DNA from: an uncultured Acidobacteriota bacterium
GTDB lineage: Bacteria > Acidobacteriota > Vicinamibacteria > Fen-336
NCBI GenBank assembly: GCA_964561785.1
Contig: CAZLRF010000014.1
Coordinates: forward strand, 25,816 to 89,815
DNA: 64,000 nt
Direction: 5' to 3'
Shown: positions 10,187-18,916 of the stretch, piece after piece
Position numbering within the stretch: the first letter of the stretch is position 1
How the letters are laid out: each line of letters opens with the position of its first letter
The notes under the pieces: model-generated
The model's database searches: none
What the model was told of the DNA's origin: nothing
Seen by the model: only the letters and a program-made list of their open reading frames with translations
Translations under genes and position numbers: made by a program

Positions 10187-11179
10187 TCACGACGGCCGGC
10201 CGGGGCGGGTCCCCTCGCCCTCCCCGGGCGGCGGCTCGGCCCAGCGGCGCAGGTCGAGCCAGTTGTCGAACAGGCCCAGCAGGGCGAGGATCTGCGGGGC
10301 CCAGGGGTTCGCCAGGACCAGGACCACGACCGCGACGCGCAGGGCGGGCGGCCCGGCGAGCCGGCGCGCGTAGAACGCGACGATGGCCAGCCCCTGGAGG
10401 GCGAAGAAGAAGGCGGTCACCAGCAGCACGTTGTAGGCGGCCGGGCGGGCGAGCGGCAGGGCGACCGCCGCGCCCGACAGGACGAAGACGAGGACGAGCG
10501 GGAGCGGCAGGCGCAGCCGCTCGAACTCGCCGTCCTCGAGCCACCCCGGGTCCCGGCGCAGCAGGTACAGGCGCAGCGCGGCGGCGCTCGCCGCGACGAG
10601 CATCGCGGCGCCGATGACGAGGGCCCCGGGGAAGACCACGGCGAGCGCGTCGTGCATCGCGCCGACCTGCGCCACGTACTCCTCGATGCGCTCGGGAGCG
10701 AGCCCCCCCTCGCGCAGCTGGGCGAGGAAGGCCTCGGAACGCATCTCGTCGAGCGGGGCGAGGACGCGGGCGGCGAGGGCCTTCGGGGCGAGGGCGAGGC
10801 CCGCCGCGACCTGGGCGACGAGCGCGGCGAACGCCCAGCCGCACCCCCGCAGGAGCCCCCGCCCGCGGGCGAGCGACTCCCCGAGGAGCAGCCCCGGCAC
10901 GGCGAGCACGGCGAGGTAGACCCCGGCCGCGGCCGGGGCCGACGCGGCGGCCACGAGGGCGGCGGCGAGGGCCGCCGCGAGCCACCCGCCCGAGGTCCCG
11001 CCCCTCAGGCGCTGGACGGCGAGGGGCACGGGGGCCAGCAGGGCGAACGGAGCGAGGACCGGAACGAGCCCGGCGCCCCCGAAGAGCAGCGCCGAGAGCA
11101 CCCCCTGCCCGACCACCCCGCCCAGGCGCGGCTCCGCCCCCAGCCCGGTCCCCGCCGACACCGGTCCCCGCTCGGCCAT
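10187..11179 (-). CDS. DUF2232 (YybS-like) integral membrane protein
   Basis: Real start MAERGPVSAGTGLGAEP... at residue 109 of ORF 10187..11503; the N-terminal 108 aa of that ORF are an Arg/Ser-rich shadow overlapping rpsR. Polytopic membrane protein sitting between rpsR and rplI, exactly where yybS lies in Firmicutes. Confidence 0.7.
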   Translation of the reverse strand: MAERGPVSAGTGLGAEPRLGGVVGQGVLSALLFGGAGLVPVLAPFALLAPVPLAVQRLRGGTSGGWLAAALAAALVAAASAPAAAGVYLAVLAVPGLLLGESLARGRGLLRGCGWAFAALVAQVAAGLALAPKALAARVLAPLDEMRSEAFLAQLREGGLAPERIEEYVAQVGAMHDALAVVFPGALVIGAAMLVAASAAALRLYLLRRDPGWLEDGEFERLRLPLPLVLVFVLSGAAVALPLARPAAYNVLLVTAFFFALQGLAIVAFYARRLAGPPALRVAVVVLVLANPWAPQILALLGLFDNWLDLRRWAEPPPGEGEGTRPGRPS

Positions 11180-11201
11180 CCCCGGACCCCGCGAGGGAGC
11201 C

Positions 11202-11519
11202 TCAGTCCGCCGCGTAGGGCAGGAGCGCGATGTGGCGGGCCCGGTTGATCGCCTCGGTGAGCTTGCGCTGGTGCTCGGCGCAGGTCCCGAACATGCGCCG
11301 GGGAAGGATCTTGCCCCGCTCCGGCACGAACTGCGAGATGAGCTTGACGTCCTTGTAGTCGACGTAGTCGATCTTGTCCGCGCAGAACTTGCAGACCTTG
11401 CGCCGCCGGAAGAAGTAGCGCTTGCCCCCGCCCTCCTTCGCGCCGCCGCCAGCGCCACCGCCCCTGCCGCCCGAGCCCGGCCGGCCCGGACCGCGGGAGC
11501 CACGGTCGTCGCCGTTCAT
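11202..11519 (-). CDS. rpsR: 30S ribosomal protein S18 with Gly-rich N-terminal extension
   Basis: Internal start [102 protein letters not shown]; the S18 core is unmistakable. The upstream 93 codons of ORF 11202..11798 are a shadow of rpsF. Confidence 0.9.
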   Translation of the reverse strand: MNGDDRGSRGPGRPGSGGRGGGAGGGAKEGGGKRYFFRRRKVCKFCADKIDYVDYKDVKLISQFVPERGKILPRRMFGTCAEHQRKLTEAINRARHIALLPYAAD

Positions 11520-11530
11520 CGTCTGGGAGC

Positions 11531-11929
11531 TCACTGCTGCACCTCCGCATCGCCTGCGGGCGCGTGGCCCGCCCGTCCCCGCCGCTTCTCCTCCCCGAGG
11601 GCCCGCTGGGCCTTGCGCCGCTCGGCCTTGCGCAGCTCCTCGTCCACCCGGACGGTGAGGAAGCGGATGATGCCGTCCGTCACCTTCAGGCGGCGCTCGA
11701 CCTCCTTCACCATCGCGCCCGAGCCCTCGACGACGAGCAGCACGTAGGAGCCCTCGCGATGCCGCCGCACGTCGTAGGCGAGGCGCTTCTTGCCCCACTT
11801 CTCCGCCCGCTGCAGCCGGCCTCCGTCCTTCTCGACGTAGCCCTGCACGAGGGTGGCGAGGGCGTCCACCTCCGGCTCCCCGAGGTTGGGGTCGGCGATG
11901 AACAGGATCTCGTATGTCCGGTCGCTCAC
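11531..11929 (-). CDS. rpsF: 30S ribosomal protein S6 with basic C-terminal extension
   Basis: GTG start ([54 protein letters not shown]...), preceded by a GGAGGAGGA Shine-Dalgarno (revcomp of about 11932-11944). The Arg-rich N-terminal 190 aa of ORF 11531..12502 are not credible. Confidence 0.88.
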   Translation of the reverse strand: MSDRTYEILFIADPNLGEPEVDALATLVQGYVEKDGGRLQRAEKWGKKRLAYDVRRHREGSYVLLVVEGSGAMVKEVERRLKVTDGIIRFLTVRVDEELRKAERRKAQRALGEEKRRGRAGHAPAGDAEVQQ

Positions 11930-11930
11930 T

Positions 11931-11946
11931 GGTCCTCCTCCTGGAT
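11931..11946 (-). promoter_or_regulatory. Shine-Dalgarno (GGAGGAGGA) for rpsF
   Basis: Revcomp of ggtcctcctcctgg immediately 5' of the GTG at 11929. Confidence 0.5.
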
Positions 11947-12063
11947 CCCCGCCGGCGCGCCGGAGGCGCCGCCCGGGAAGCCCCTTTGGGGCCCGAAGGG
12001 CCCTACCGGGAGCAAGGGTTTGACGTCGGCCCGCACCCGGCGGGCCGGAACGGAGAGTATAGC

Positions 12064-12639
12064 CTAGAGCCGGCGCCCGTTGAAGCGGCTCATGGCGGCC
12101 TGGGCCCCCTCCTCGACGAGGCACACGACCGCGTCGGCGGCGAGGCCCACGGCCTCCTGGACGACGAGCGACTCCTCGGGCGGGAACGGTGCGAGGACGT
12201 ACTCCGCGAGGTCCTCCCCGGGCTCGCCCCGGCTCACCCCGACCCTGACCCGGGCGAAATCCTCGGTGCCGAGGACGTCGACGATGGAGCGCAGGCCGTT
12301 GTGGCCCCCGTGCCCCCCGCGCTCGCGCACGCGGACGGTCCCGAGTTCGAGGGCCACGTCGTCCACCACGACCACGAGGTCGCCCGGCGAGGCCGCCCGC
12401 TCGGCGAGGAGGCGGGCGACGGGGACGCCGCTTGCGTTCATGAACGCGAGGGGCTTGACGAGGAGGACGCTCGCCTCTCCCAGCCGGGCCGGCGCGAGCC
12501 ACGCGTCCTGCGCCGCGAGGCCCGCCGCCCCCAGCCGCCCGGCGAGCGCGTCCACCACCATGAAGCCCACGTTGTGGCGGGTGCGGCGGTAGCGCTCGCC
12601 GGGGTTCCCGAGGCCGACGACGATGCGCGGCGAGGCTAC
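12064..12639 (-). CDS. pth: Peptidyl-tRNA hydrolase (start codon uncertain, non-canonical)
   Basis: ...SPRIVVGLGNPGERYRRTRHNVGFMVVDALA...FMNASGVPV...HGGHNGLRSI...: classic Pth motifs. There is no in-frame ATG/GTG/TTG between the rplY stop and the conserved IVVGLGNPG, so the true initiator is probably the GTA/ATC region at about 12624-12639 overlapping the rplY stop. Confidence 0.8.
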   Translation of the reverse strand, partial: VASPRIVVGLGNPGERYRRTRHNVGFMVVDALAGRLGAAGLAAQDAWLAPARLGEASVLLVKPLAFMNASGVPVARLLAERAASPGDLVVVVDDVALELGTVRVRERGGHGGHNGLRSIVDVLGTEDFARVRVGVSRGEPGEDLAEYVLAPFPPEESLVVQEAVGLAADAVVCLVEEGAQAAMSRFNGRRL

Positions 12640-13334
12640 TTCTTCTCCTTCTTGTCGGCCTTCTTCTCGCCCTCGGCCTCGCCCTCCTTCTCGGCCTTGC
12701 CCTTCTTGATGACCTCGGGCTCGCCCGCGGCCGGCTCGGCCGCCGCCTCGGTGGTCGCCGCCTCGGCCGAGACCTCGGCCCGCGGCAGCACGACGTGGGC
12801 GATCACGACGTCGGGGTCCGCGAGGACCTTCACCTTGTCCCCGAGCCGGAGGTCGGAGACGCGCAGGTGCTTGCCGAGCTCGAGGTGGGAGATGTCGACC
12901 GAGATCTTCTCCGGGATGTCGGCGGGCAGGCACTCGACCTCGAGCTCTCGGGTGACGAAGTCGACGAGCCCGCCCTGCAGCTTCACGCCCACCGGAGTGC
13001 CCTCGAGCTCGACGTGCACCGTGACCTGGAGGGCCCGGTCGAGCGCGACCTCGTAGAAGTCCGCGTGGAGGATGCGGCCGCGAAGGGGCTCCCGCTGGAA
13101 CTCCTTGAGGATGACCTTGCGCTTCTCCCCGCCGAGCTCGATGTCGAAGAGGGTGTTCTCGCCCGCGGCGCTCTTGAGGATGGCCCCGATCTCCCGGGGG
13201 GAGACCGCCACGGGGACGGCCGGCTTGCCGGCGCCGTACAGCACCCCGGGGATCATCCCCCGGGAGCGCAGCCGCCGGTTGGCGTTCTTTCCGCTCTCGC
13301 TCCGGCTCTCGGCCGGCACGACGAATTCAGGCAT
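12636..13334 (-). CDS. rplY: 50S ribosomal protein L25 / general stress protein Ctc
   Basis: 232 aa; L25 core (RRLRSRGMIPGVLYG...) plus an acidic/Lys-rich Ctc-type C-terminal tail. Confidence 0.9.
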   Translation of the reverse strand: MPEFVVPAESRSESGKNANRRLRSRGMIPGVLYGAGKPAVPVAVSPREIGAILKSAAGENTLFDIELGGEKRKVILKEFQREPLRGRILHADFYEVALDRALQVTVHVELEGTPVGVKLQGGLVDFVTRELEVECLPADIPEKISVDISHLELGKHLRVSDLRLGDKVKVLADPDVVIAHVVLPRAEVSAEAATTEAAAEPAAGEPEVIKKGKAEKEGEAEGEKKADKKEKK

Positions 13335-13361
13335 GTGACATTGACTCCTGCGCGATCGGTT

Positions 13362-14303
13362 CTAGACGAAGAGGCTGGTCACCGACGTCTCCTCGTGGAT
13401 GTTCTTGATCGCGCGGGCGAGCAGCTCCGCGATCGAGAGCACCACGATCTTCCCGCAGGCCCGCTTCTCGGGCCCGAGGGGCATGGAGTCGGTGACGATG
13501 AGCTTGGACAGCGGGCTGCGCTCGATCCTCTCGATCGCGTGCCCGGACAGCACCGCGTGGGTGCACGAGGCGATCACCTCGCGCGCCCCCGCCACCTTGA
13601 TGGCCTCCGCCACCTTGGCGAGGGTCCCCGCGGTGTCCACGATGTCGTCGACCACGAGGGCGGTCCGGCCCTCGACGTCGCCGATCACGTGGTGGACCTC
13701 GGCGACGTTCGGCTGGTCGCGCCGCTTGTCGACGATGGCGAGGCTCGCGTCGAGCCGCTTCGCGTAGGCGCGGGCGCGCTCGACCCCGCCCGCGTCGGGC
13801 GAGACGACCACCAGGTTCTCGAGCCCGAGCCTCTGAACGTGCTCGATGATGACGGGCGCGGCGAAGAGGTGGTCGACCGGGACGTCGAAGAACCCCTGGA
13901 TCTGGGCGGCGTGGAGGTCCACCGTCAGCACGCGGTCGGTGCCGGCCGTGGACAGGAGGTCCGCCACGAGCTTGGCCGAGATCGGGACCCGGGGCTTGTC
14001 CTTGCGGTCCTGCCGCCCGTACCCGTAGTACGGGAGGACCGCCGTGAGCCGCGAGGCGCTCGAGCGCTTGAAGGCGTCGAGCATCAGCAGCAGCTCCATC
14101 AGGTTCTCGTTGACCGGCGCGCAGGTCGGCTGGACGACGAAGACGTCGGCCCCGCGGACGTTGTCGTGGATCTGGAACCAGACCTCGCCGTCGCTGAAGC
14201 GGGCGAGGTGCGCGCGGCCGAGGGGCATCCCCAGGCCGCGCGCGATCGACTCCCCCAGCGCGGGGTGCGCGCTCCCGGTGAAGATCCTCAGCTCTCTGCG
14301 CAT
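13362..14303 (-). CDS. prs: Ribose-phosphate pyrophosphokinase
   Basis: 313 aa; MRRELRIFTGSAHPALGESIA..., DLHAAQIQGFFDVPVDHL, PRPP-binding loop VVDDIVDTAGT. Confidence 0.93.
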   Translation of the reverse strand: MRRELRIFTGSAHPALGESIARGLGMPLGRAHLARFSDGEVWFQIHDNVRGADVFVVQPTCAPVNENLMELLLMLDAFKRSSASRLTAVLPYYGYGRQDRKDKPRVPISAKLVADLLSTAGTDRVLTVDLHAAQIQGFFDVPVDHLFAAPVIIEHVQRLGLENLVVVSPDAGGVERARAYAKRLDASLAIVDKRRDQPNVAEVHHVIGDVEGRTALVVDDIVDTAGTLAKVAEAIKVAGAREVIASCTHAVLSGHAIERIERSPLSKLIVTDSMPLGPEKRACGKIVVLSIAELLARAIKNIHEETSVTSLFV

Positions 14304-14329
14304 GGCCGGATGCTCGAGGCGCCGTGGGG

Positions 14330-14403
14330 TGGCTGGGGCGGAAGGATTCGAACCTTCGATCCGGGGTCCAAAGCCCCGCGCCTTACCACTTGGCCACGCC
14401 CCA
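14330..14403 (-). tRNA. tRNA-Gln (anticodon TTG)
   Basis: Minus-strand sequence TGGGGCGTGGCCAAGTGGTAAGGCGCGGGGCTTTGGACCCCGGATCGAAGGTTCGAATCCTTCCGCCCCAGCCA: 7-bp acceptor stem with U1-A72 as in E. coli tRNA-Gln, D-arm GCC...GGC, anticodon stem CGGGG/CCCCG with loop CTTTGGA (anticodon UUG), T-arm GAAGG-TTCGAAT-CCTTC, encoded CCA. Lies in the 108-nt gap between prs and spoVG; coordinates +/-2 nt. Confidence 0.85.
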
Positions 14404-14411
14404 ACGGGGCC

Positions 14412-14735
14412 CTACCCCTCGGAGCCCTCCTTCGGTGCGCCCTCGTTCGCGGGAGGGCCCGGCGCCGCGGGCGCCGCGCCGGAGGCCGCCTGCTGCTTGT
14501 AGACCCCGAGGACCTTCTCCTCGAGGTACTGGCGCATCTGGTTGTTGAGCGGGTGGGCGATGTCCTTGAACGTCCCGTCCTTGCGCTTCTTGCTCGGCAT
14601 CGAAACGAACAGGCCCTTCGGTCCGTGAATGACCTTGATGTCGGTCACCACGAAGCTGTGGTCGAAGACGATCGACACGAACGCCTTCAGCTTCTCGTCG
14701 TCCACCGGGATGACCTTGACGTCGGTGATCTCCAT
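14412..14735 (-). CDS. spoVG: Septation protein SpoVG
   Basis: Internal start MEITDVKVIPVDDEKLKAFVSIVFDHSFVVTDIKVIHGPKGLFVSMPSKKRKDGTFKDIAHPLNNQMRQYLEEKVLGVYK; the upstream 56 codons of ORF 14412..14903 are junk. Confidence 0.9.
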   Translation of the reverse strand: MEITDVKVIPVDDEKLKAFVSIVFDHSFVVTDIKVIHGPKGLFVSMPSKKRKDGTFKDIAHPLNNQMRQYLEEKVLGVYKQQAASGAAPAAPGPPANEGAPKEGSEG

Positions 14736-14770
14736 GATGACCGCTCCTCTCGACCCGAAGACGCCCCCTG

Positions 14771-15667
14771 TCAGCGAACCCGCCCCCCCCGGTACTGGTC
14801 GAGGGTGAGCGTCCTCGCCGAAAGGGCCCGGAAGCCCTCCGCGGCGAGGGCCGCGCGGGCCCTCTCGGCCGCCCGCGCGCCCCCGAACAGCCCGAAGTAG
14901 CACGCGCCGCTTCCCGAGAGAGCGGCGAGGCTCGCCCCCTCCCTCAGGAGCACGGCCCGAATGCGCCCGGCCTGCCCGCGCAGGTCGGGAGCTTCCTCCA
15001 GTGCCGCCTCCTCGAGGTCGTTCACGAGGAGCCGAAACGCGTCCTGGCCCTCCAACTCCCTCGATACAAAGTAGAAAATGCTATTACTGTTCAAACGGGG
15101 TGTCAATCGAGCGTCGAGCCTCTCGAACACCCGGGCGGTCGACACGTGGAGGCCCGGGTCCACGAGCACGACGTGCGCCCGGACCTGGCGCCGCAGGGGG
15201 TAGACCTCGTCCCCCCGGGAGAGGCCGAGGGCGGTGCCGCCGAGGAGGAAATAGGGGACGTCCGCCCCCAGACGCCGGGCGAGGGGGTGAAGCCCGGCCG
15301 GGCCGAGACCGGTCTTCCACAGCCGGTCGAGGCCGAGGAGCACCGTGGCCGCGTTGCTCGAGCCGCCACCGAGTCCCCCGCCGACCGGGATGCGCTTGCG
15401 GATCGTGATCTCGACCCCCGCGCCCACCCGCGCGTGGGCCCGCAGGGCCTCGGCGGCTCGCAGGGCGAGGTTCGTGCCGTCCGCGGGGACCCCGGGGTGG
15501 TCGCAGCGGACGCAGAGGCCCCGGGGACGCGGACGGATCAGGACGTCGTCGTGGAGATCGATCGTCTGGAAGAGGGTGCGCAGCTCGTGATAGCCGTCCT
15601 CGCGCGTCCCGAGGACCTCGAGACCGAGGTTCACCTTGGCGTAGGAGCGCAGCCGCAGAAGCCTCAC
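14771..15667 (-). CDS. ispE: 4-diphosphocytidyl-2-C-methyl-D-erythritol kinase
   Basis: GTG start (VRLLRLRSYAKVNLGLEVLGTREDGYHEL...); GHMP kinase motif PVGGGLGGGSSNAA; its start overlaps the stop of the upstream lolB-like gene by 4 nt. Confidence 0.88.
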   Translation of the reverse strand: MRLLRLRSYAKVNLGLEVLGTREDGYHELRTLFQTIDLHDDVLIRPRPRGLCVRCDHPGVPADGTNLALRAAEALRAHARVGAGVEITIRKRIPVGGGLGGGSSNAATVLLGLDRLWKTGLGPAGLHPLARRLGADVPYFLLGGTALGLSRGDEVYPLRRQVRAHVVLVDPGLHVSTARVFERLDARLTPRLNSNSIFYFVSRELEGQDAFRLLVNDLEEAALEEAPDLRGQAGRIRAVLLREGASLAALSGSGACYFGLFGGARAAERARAALAAEGFRALSARTLTLDQYRGGRVR

Positions 15668-16311
15668 GATCGCCCCCCGAGCAGCCGCCGCGCCTCGTCG
15701 GCGTCGATGCGACGGAAGGAGGCGTGGGGGGGTGGGTCGAAGACGGCGGGCGGGAGCTCGAGCCCGGCCTCGGCGTCGTCGACGAGAAGCGCCACGCGCG
15801 TCCCGTCGGCGAGCGTCGCCTCGACGCGCCGCGGCAGCGTCTTTCCCCAGCTCGCGCGGTAGGCCCTCGCCCCGGGAGGGGCCACCCCGAGGACGAGGTC
15901 CATGAGCGCCGAGGGCGCGAGGGGGATGCCGATGAGGGCCTCGAAGTCGGCCGGCGTCGCGCCGGTCTCGAGGTAGGCCCGCTCGCCGGGGAGCACCGCG
16001 GTGAGGCGTCCCTCGCTCGCGACGGCGACGAGGCGGGCCCCCGCCGGCCCCGGGATCTCGATGCGGAGGCCGTCCGGACGCCGGAAGGCGACGAGGGCCC
16101 GGCTGCGGCCGCGCAGGGACTCTCCCTTCACGCTCACGCGCAGGCTGCCCGACCACGAGGACGAGGCCGCCGCGCGCTCCGCCGCCCCGGGGGGAGGCGG
16201 GGCGAAGGTGGCGCAGGCGGCGCCCCCGAGAAGCGCCACCGCGGCGGCGAGGTCAGGGAGTGGGCGGCGCCGCGCCGCTCTGCTGGGCCCGGAGCGTCCC
16301 CTGGGCTTCAC
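15664..16311 (-). CDS. LolB-like outer-membrane lipoprotein (DUF4292/LolB fold)
   Basis: 215 aa; signal peptide with lipobox (LLGGAAC); position immediately upstream of ispE-prs matches the lolB-ispE-prs synteny of Proteobacteria. The start at 16311 overlaps the upstream TPR gene by about 59 nt, so the exact start is uncertain. Confidence 0.6.
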   Translation of the reverse strand: MKPRGRSGPSRAARRRPLPDLAAAVALLGGAACATFAPPPPGAAERAAASSSWSGSLRVSVKGESLRGRSRALVAFRRPDGLRIEIPGPAGARLVAVASEGRLTAVLPGERAYLETGATPADFEALIGIPLAPSALMDLVLGVAPPGARAYRASWGKTLPRRVEATLADGTRVALLVDDAEAGLELPPAVFDPPPHASFRRIDADEARRLLGGRS

Positions 16312-18202
16312 GGATCTTCGCCTCCACGCGCGCGCGGTCGAGCTCGTCCTCCTCGTCCTCGCCGACGAGGGCCTTCTGCCAGAGAGAGAGCGCCTCGCCG
16401 ATGCGGCCCCGCCGGGCGAGGATGTCGCCGAGGTGGTCGAGGATCACGGCGTTCTCGCCGTCCTTCTCGAGCGCTCGCCTCACTGCGGCCTCGGCCTCCT
16501 CGTAGCGCCCGAGGCGGAACAGGGCCCAGCCGAGGCTGTCCTGGTAGGCCGCGCTCGCGGGGTCGATCTCGACCGCCTTCTGGATCAGGGCGAGCGCCTC
16601 CTCGACCCTCACGTCGCGGTCGGCGTTCATGTAGCCCAGGTAGTTGAGGACGGGGGCCGACTCGGAGTCGACCGCGAGCGCCTCGCGGAAGACGGCCTCC
16701 GCGTCGTCGTGCCGGTCCTGGCGCTCGAGCACCGCGCCGAGCTGGAAGAGGGCGGAGAGGCTCCGCGGGTCGGCGTCGAGGGCGGCGCGCAGCGCCTTCT
16801 CCGCTTCGGGGTAGTTGCGGGCGCGGCGGTAGAAGTCGGCCACGCGGCCGAGCACCTTCGGGTCCTTCGGCGCCCGCGAGCGCATGTCCTCGACGATCCG
16901 CGCCGCGGCCTCGGTCTCCCCCTTCTCGCGCAGGAGCGTCGCCTCGAGCCCGGCGAGGTTCTCGTCCTCGGGAAAGCGCGAGCGCGCCGCGCGCGCGGCG
17001 ATGAGCGCCTCGTCTTTCCGCTTGGCCAGGTAGAGGGCCTCGGCGTGGAAGCTCAGAAGGTTCGCCTCCGGCGCCTCCCCCGTCTGGAGGGCGCGGGCGA
17101 AGGCGCCCGCCGCGTCGTCGTACCGCTCGAGCTGCTGGTAGGCGAAGCCGAGGTGGACGAGGAAGACGCGTCGCGTGGCCGCGGTGTCCTCGTCGGCGGC
17201 GGGCGGTCGGGCGAGGGCCTCCTCGAGCAGGCGGGCCGCGGCGGCGTGGTCGCGGCGCGCCTCGGCGATCGTGACCTTCAGGTAGACGGCCTTCTCGTCG
17301 CCGGGGGCGGCCGCGAGCAGCGCGTCGGCCGCCGCGTCCGCCTCGGAGAAGCGGCGCAGGTCGCGCAGGGAGCGTCCCTTGAGGTCGAGGGCGAAGCGGT
17401 TGGCGGCATCCGCCCCGAGGACGGCCTCCGCCTCCGCGAGCGCCTCCTGCGGCCGCTTCGCCTGCTGCAGGACCTCGCCGAGGGCGAGCCGCAGGCGAAC
17501 GTTGCCCGGCTCCATCTCCAGGGCCCGCCGGTAGTGCAGCACCGCCTGGTCGGTCTGGTCGGCGCGGGCGTAGATGTCCCCGAGGATCTGGTACGCGCTC
17601 GCCGAGTCGGGCCGCAGCGCGAGGGCGGCCTTGAGGGCCTCGGCCGCGCGGTCGGACTCGCCGGCGAGCAGGAGCTGGGTCCCGCGCTGCACGTGGGCGT
17701 CGAAGTTCCCCGGGTCGAGCCCGAGGTACATGCCCCACGCCCGCGCCGCGTCCCCGTGCTCGCGCAGCTGCCCGTACAGGCTCGCGAGGTTGAGGAGGGA
17801 CTGGCCGTCGTTCGGCCGGACCCGGACGACGTCCTCGTAGTGCCGCGCCGCCCTTCGCAGCGACTCCTCGGCCCCGGGGCCCGCGGCCTGGATCTGCTCG
17901 AGCTGGGCCAGCATGAGGTGGGCGTCGGCGTCGTCCGCGTCGAGGAGGACGGCCGCGCGAGCCTCCGCGGCCGCCTCGTCGAGGCGGCCCATCTCCCGCA
18001 GGAGCCGCGCGACCTCCACCCGGATGCTGGAGGCGGCGGGATCGAGCTTCTGGGCCCGCCGGTACTCGGCGAGGGCCTCCTCGGGCTCCCCGGCGAGCCG
18101 CGCCTGGAGCCCCAGGCTGAAGTGGTGGTACGCCTCGGCCGTGGCGTCCGGGGCGGCTTGCGGCGACACGGCGAGCGCGAGCGCGACGGCGAGCAGTGAC
18201 AT
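16253..18202 (-). CDS. Secreted tetratricopeptide-repeat (TPR) protein
   Basis: 649 aa; signal peptide MSLLAVALALAVSPQAA, then about 15 TPR units (repeated A..Y..A..........A...L..DP pattern). Confidence 0.8.
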   Translation of the reverse strand: MSLLAVALALAVSPQAAPDATAEAYHHFSLGLQARLAGEPEEALAEYRRAQKLDPAASSIRVEVARLLREMGRLDEAAAEARAAVLLDADDADAHLMLAQLEQIQAAGPGAEESLRRAARHYEDVVRVRPNDGQSLLNLASLYGQLREHGDAARAWGMYLGLDPGNFDAHVQRGTQLLLAGESDRAAEALKAALALRPDSASAYQILGDIYARADQTDQAVLHYRRALEMEPGNVRLRLALGEVLQQAKRPQEALAEAEAVLGADAANRFALDLKGRSLRDLRRFSEADAAADALLAAAPGDEKAVYLKVTIAEARRDHAAAARLLEEALARPPAADEDTAATRRVFLVHLGFAYQQLERYDDAAGAFARALQTGEAPEANLLSFHAEALYLAKRKDEALIAARAARSRFPEDENLAGLEATLLREKGETEAAARIVEDMRSRAPKDPKVLGRVADFYRRARNYPEAEKALRAALDADPRSLSALFQLGAVLERQDRHDDAEAVFREALAVDSESAPVLNYLGYMNADRDVRVEEALALIQKAVEIDPASAAYQDSLGWALFRLGRYEEAEAAVRRALEKDGENAVILDHLGDILARRGRIGEALSLWQKALVGEDEEDELDRARVEAKIREAQGTLRAQQSGAAPPTP

Positions 18203-18379
18203 GGCGGACGGGTGGGCCCCCTCCCGGCCATTGTCACACGCGCCCGGAGGACACGCAAAGAACGGGGGGTCTGGGGGGTGCGCAGCACCCCCCAGAACGG
18301 AGGAAGCAGCCGAGGGCCGTGGGCGTCCCGGGTGGCTTCGTCCCCGCCGTGCTCCTCTACGCGACCGTCGTGAGGGCCC

Positions 18380-18778
18380 TCAGGCCGTCCGCTCGAGGCC
18401 GTCCTCGCCGGCCTTCGTCGGGGCCTTCGAGAGGGCCTTCGTCGGGACGTTCGAGGACCCTCGGGTTCCCGCGTCGCGCGGGTCGAGCGCGGGAACCTCT
18501 CGGGAGCGGTACTGCTCCACCATCCACGACTTCACCCGGCGGGCGTCGGCGGCGGTGCCCTCGACCGAGCGGAGAAAGTCGAAGAAGCGCCGCTCGGTGC
18601 CCGACCCGAAGGCCCGGGACGGGAACGTCACGTAGACCTCGCCCTCGGGCGAGCGCCACAGCGAGAAGCCCACGAGCTTCATGCCGGCGAGCGGCCCGTC
18701 ACCGGCCTCGAACACGATCTCCCCCTCGCACACCAGGCGCTCCGGGGCGTTGTCCCTCTCCACGAAAACCACGCGCAT
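18380..18778 (-). CDS. Divergent SpoVG-like protein (second paralog)
   Basis: C-terminal 132 aa of ORF 18380..20773: MRVVFVERDNAPERLVCEGEIVFEAGDGPLAGMKLVGFSLWRSPEGEVYVTFPSRAFGSGTERRFFDFLR...; this tracks the SpoVG motif (I..G..GLFV.MPS......F.DI.HP.) at low identity. AGGAGGA Shine-Dalgarno 6 nt upstream of the ATG. The remaining 665 aa of the ORF are antisense junk over the ligase and kinase genes. Confidence 0.6.
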   Translation of the reverse strand: MRVVFVERDNAPERLVCEGEIVFEAGDGPLAGMKLVGFSLWRSPEGEVYVTFPSRAFGSGTERRFFDFLRSVEGTAADARRVKSWMVEQYRSREVPALDPRDAGTRGSSNVPTKALSKAPTKAGEDGLERTA

Positions 18779-18916
18779 CGCATCCTCCTGAATGGGTTTC
18801 TGACGGCGCCGATCGGGAGAGGGGACCGGCGAGCGCGAGGGTAACGCGAGGGGGGTGCCGCCCGAGGTCCGGTCGCCGGCTACCGGGCCGGCCACGGCCT
18901 GGGCTAGACTCCGCTC

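Noticed and set aside
10115-12592. ORFs 10115..11248 (+), 10158..10985 (-), 11005..11550 (-), 11232..11747 (+), 11564..12067 (+), 11914..13056 (+), 12080..12592 (+)
   Set aside because: Shadow frames over the DUF2232, rpsR, rpsF and pth genes; no motifs, biased composition.
16001-18288. 732-aa + strand ORF 16001..18199, plus 16308..17738 (-) and 17278..18288 (-)
   Set aside because: Antisense or alternate frames of the TPR protein gene; the TPR frame shows clean repeat periodicity, these do not.
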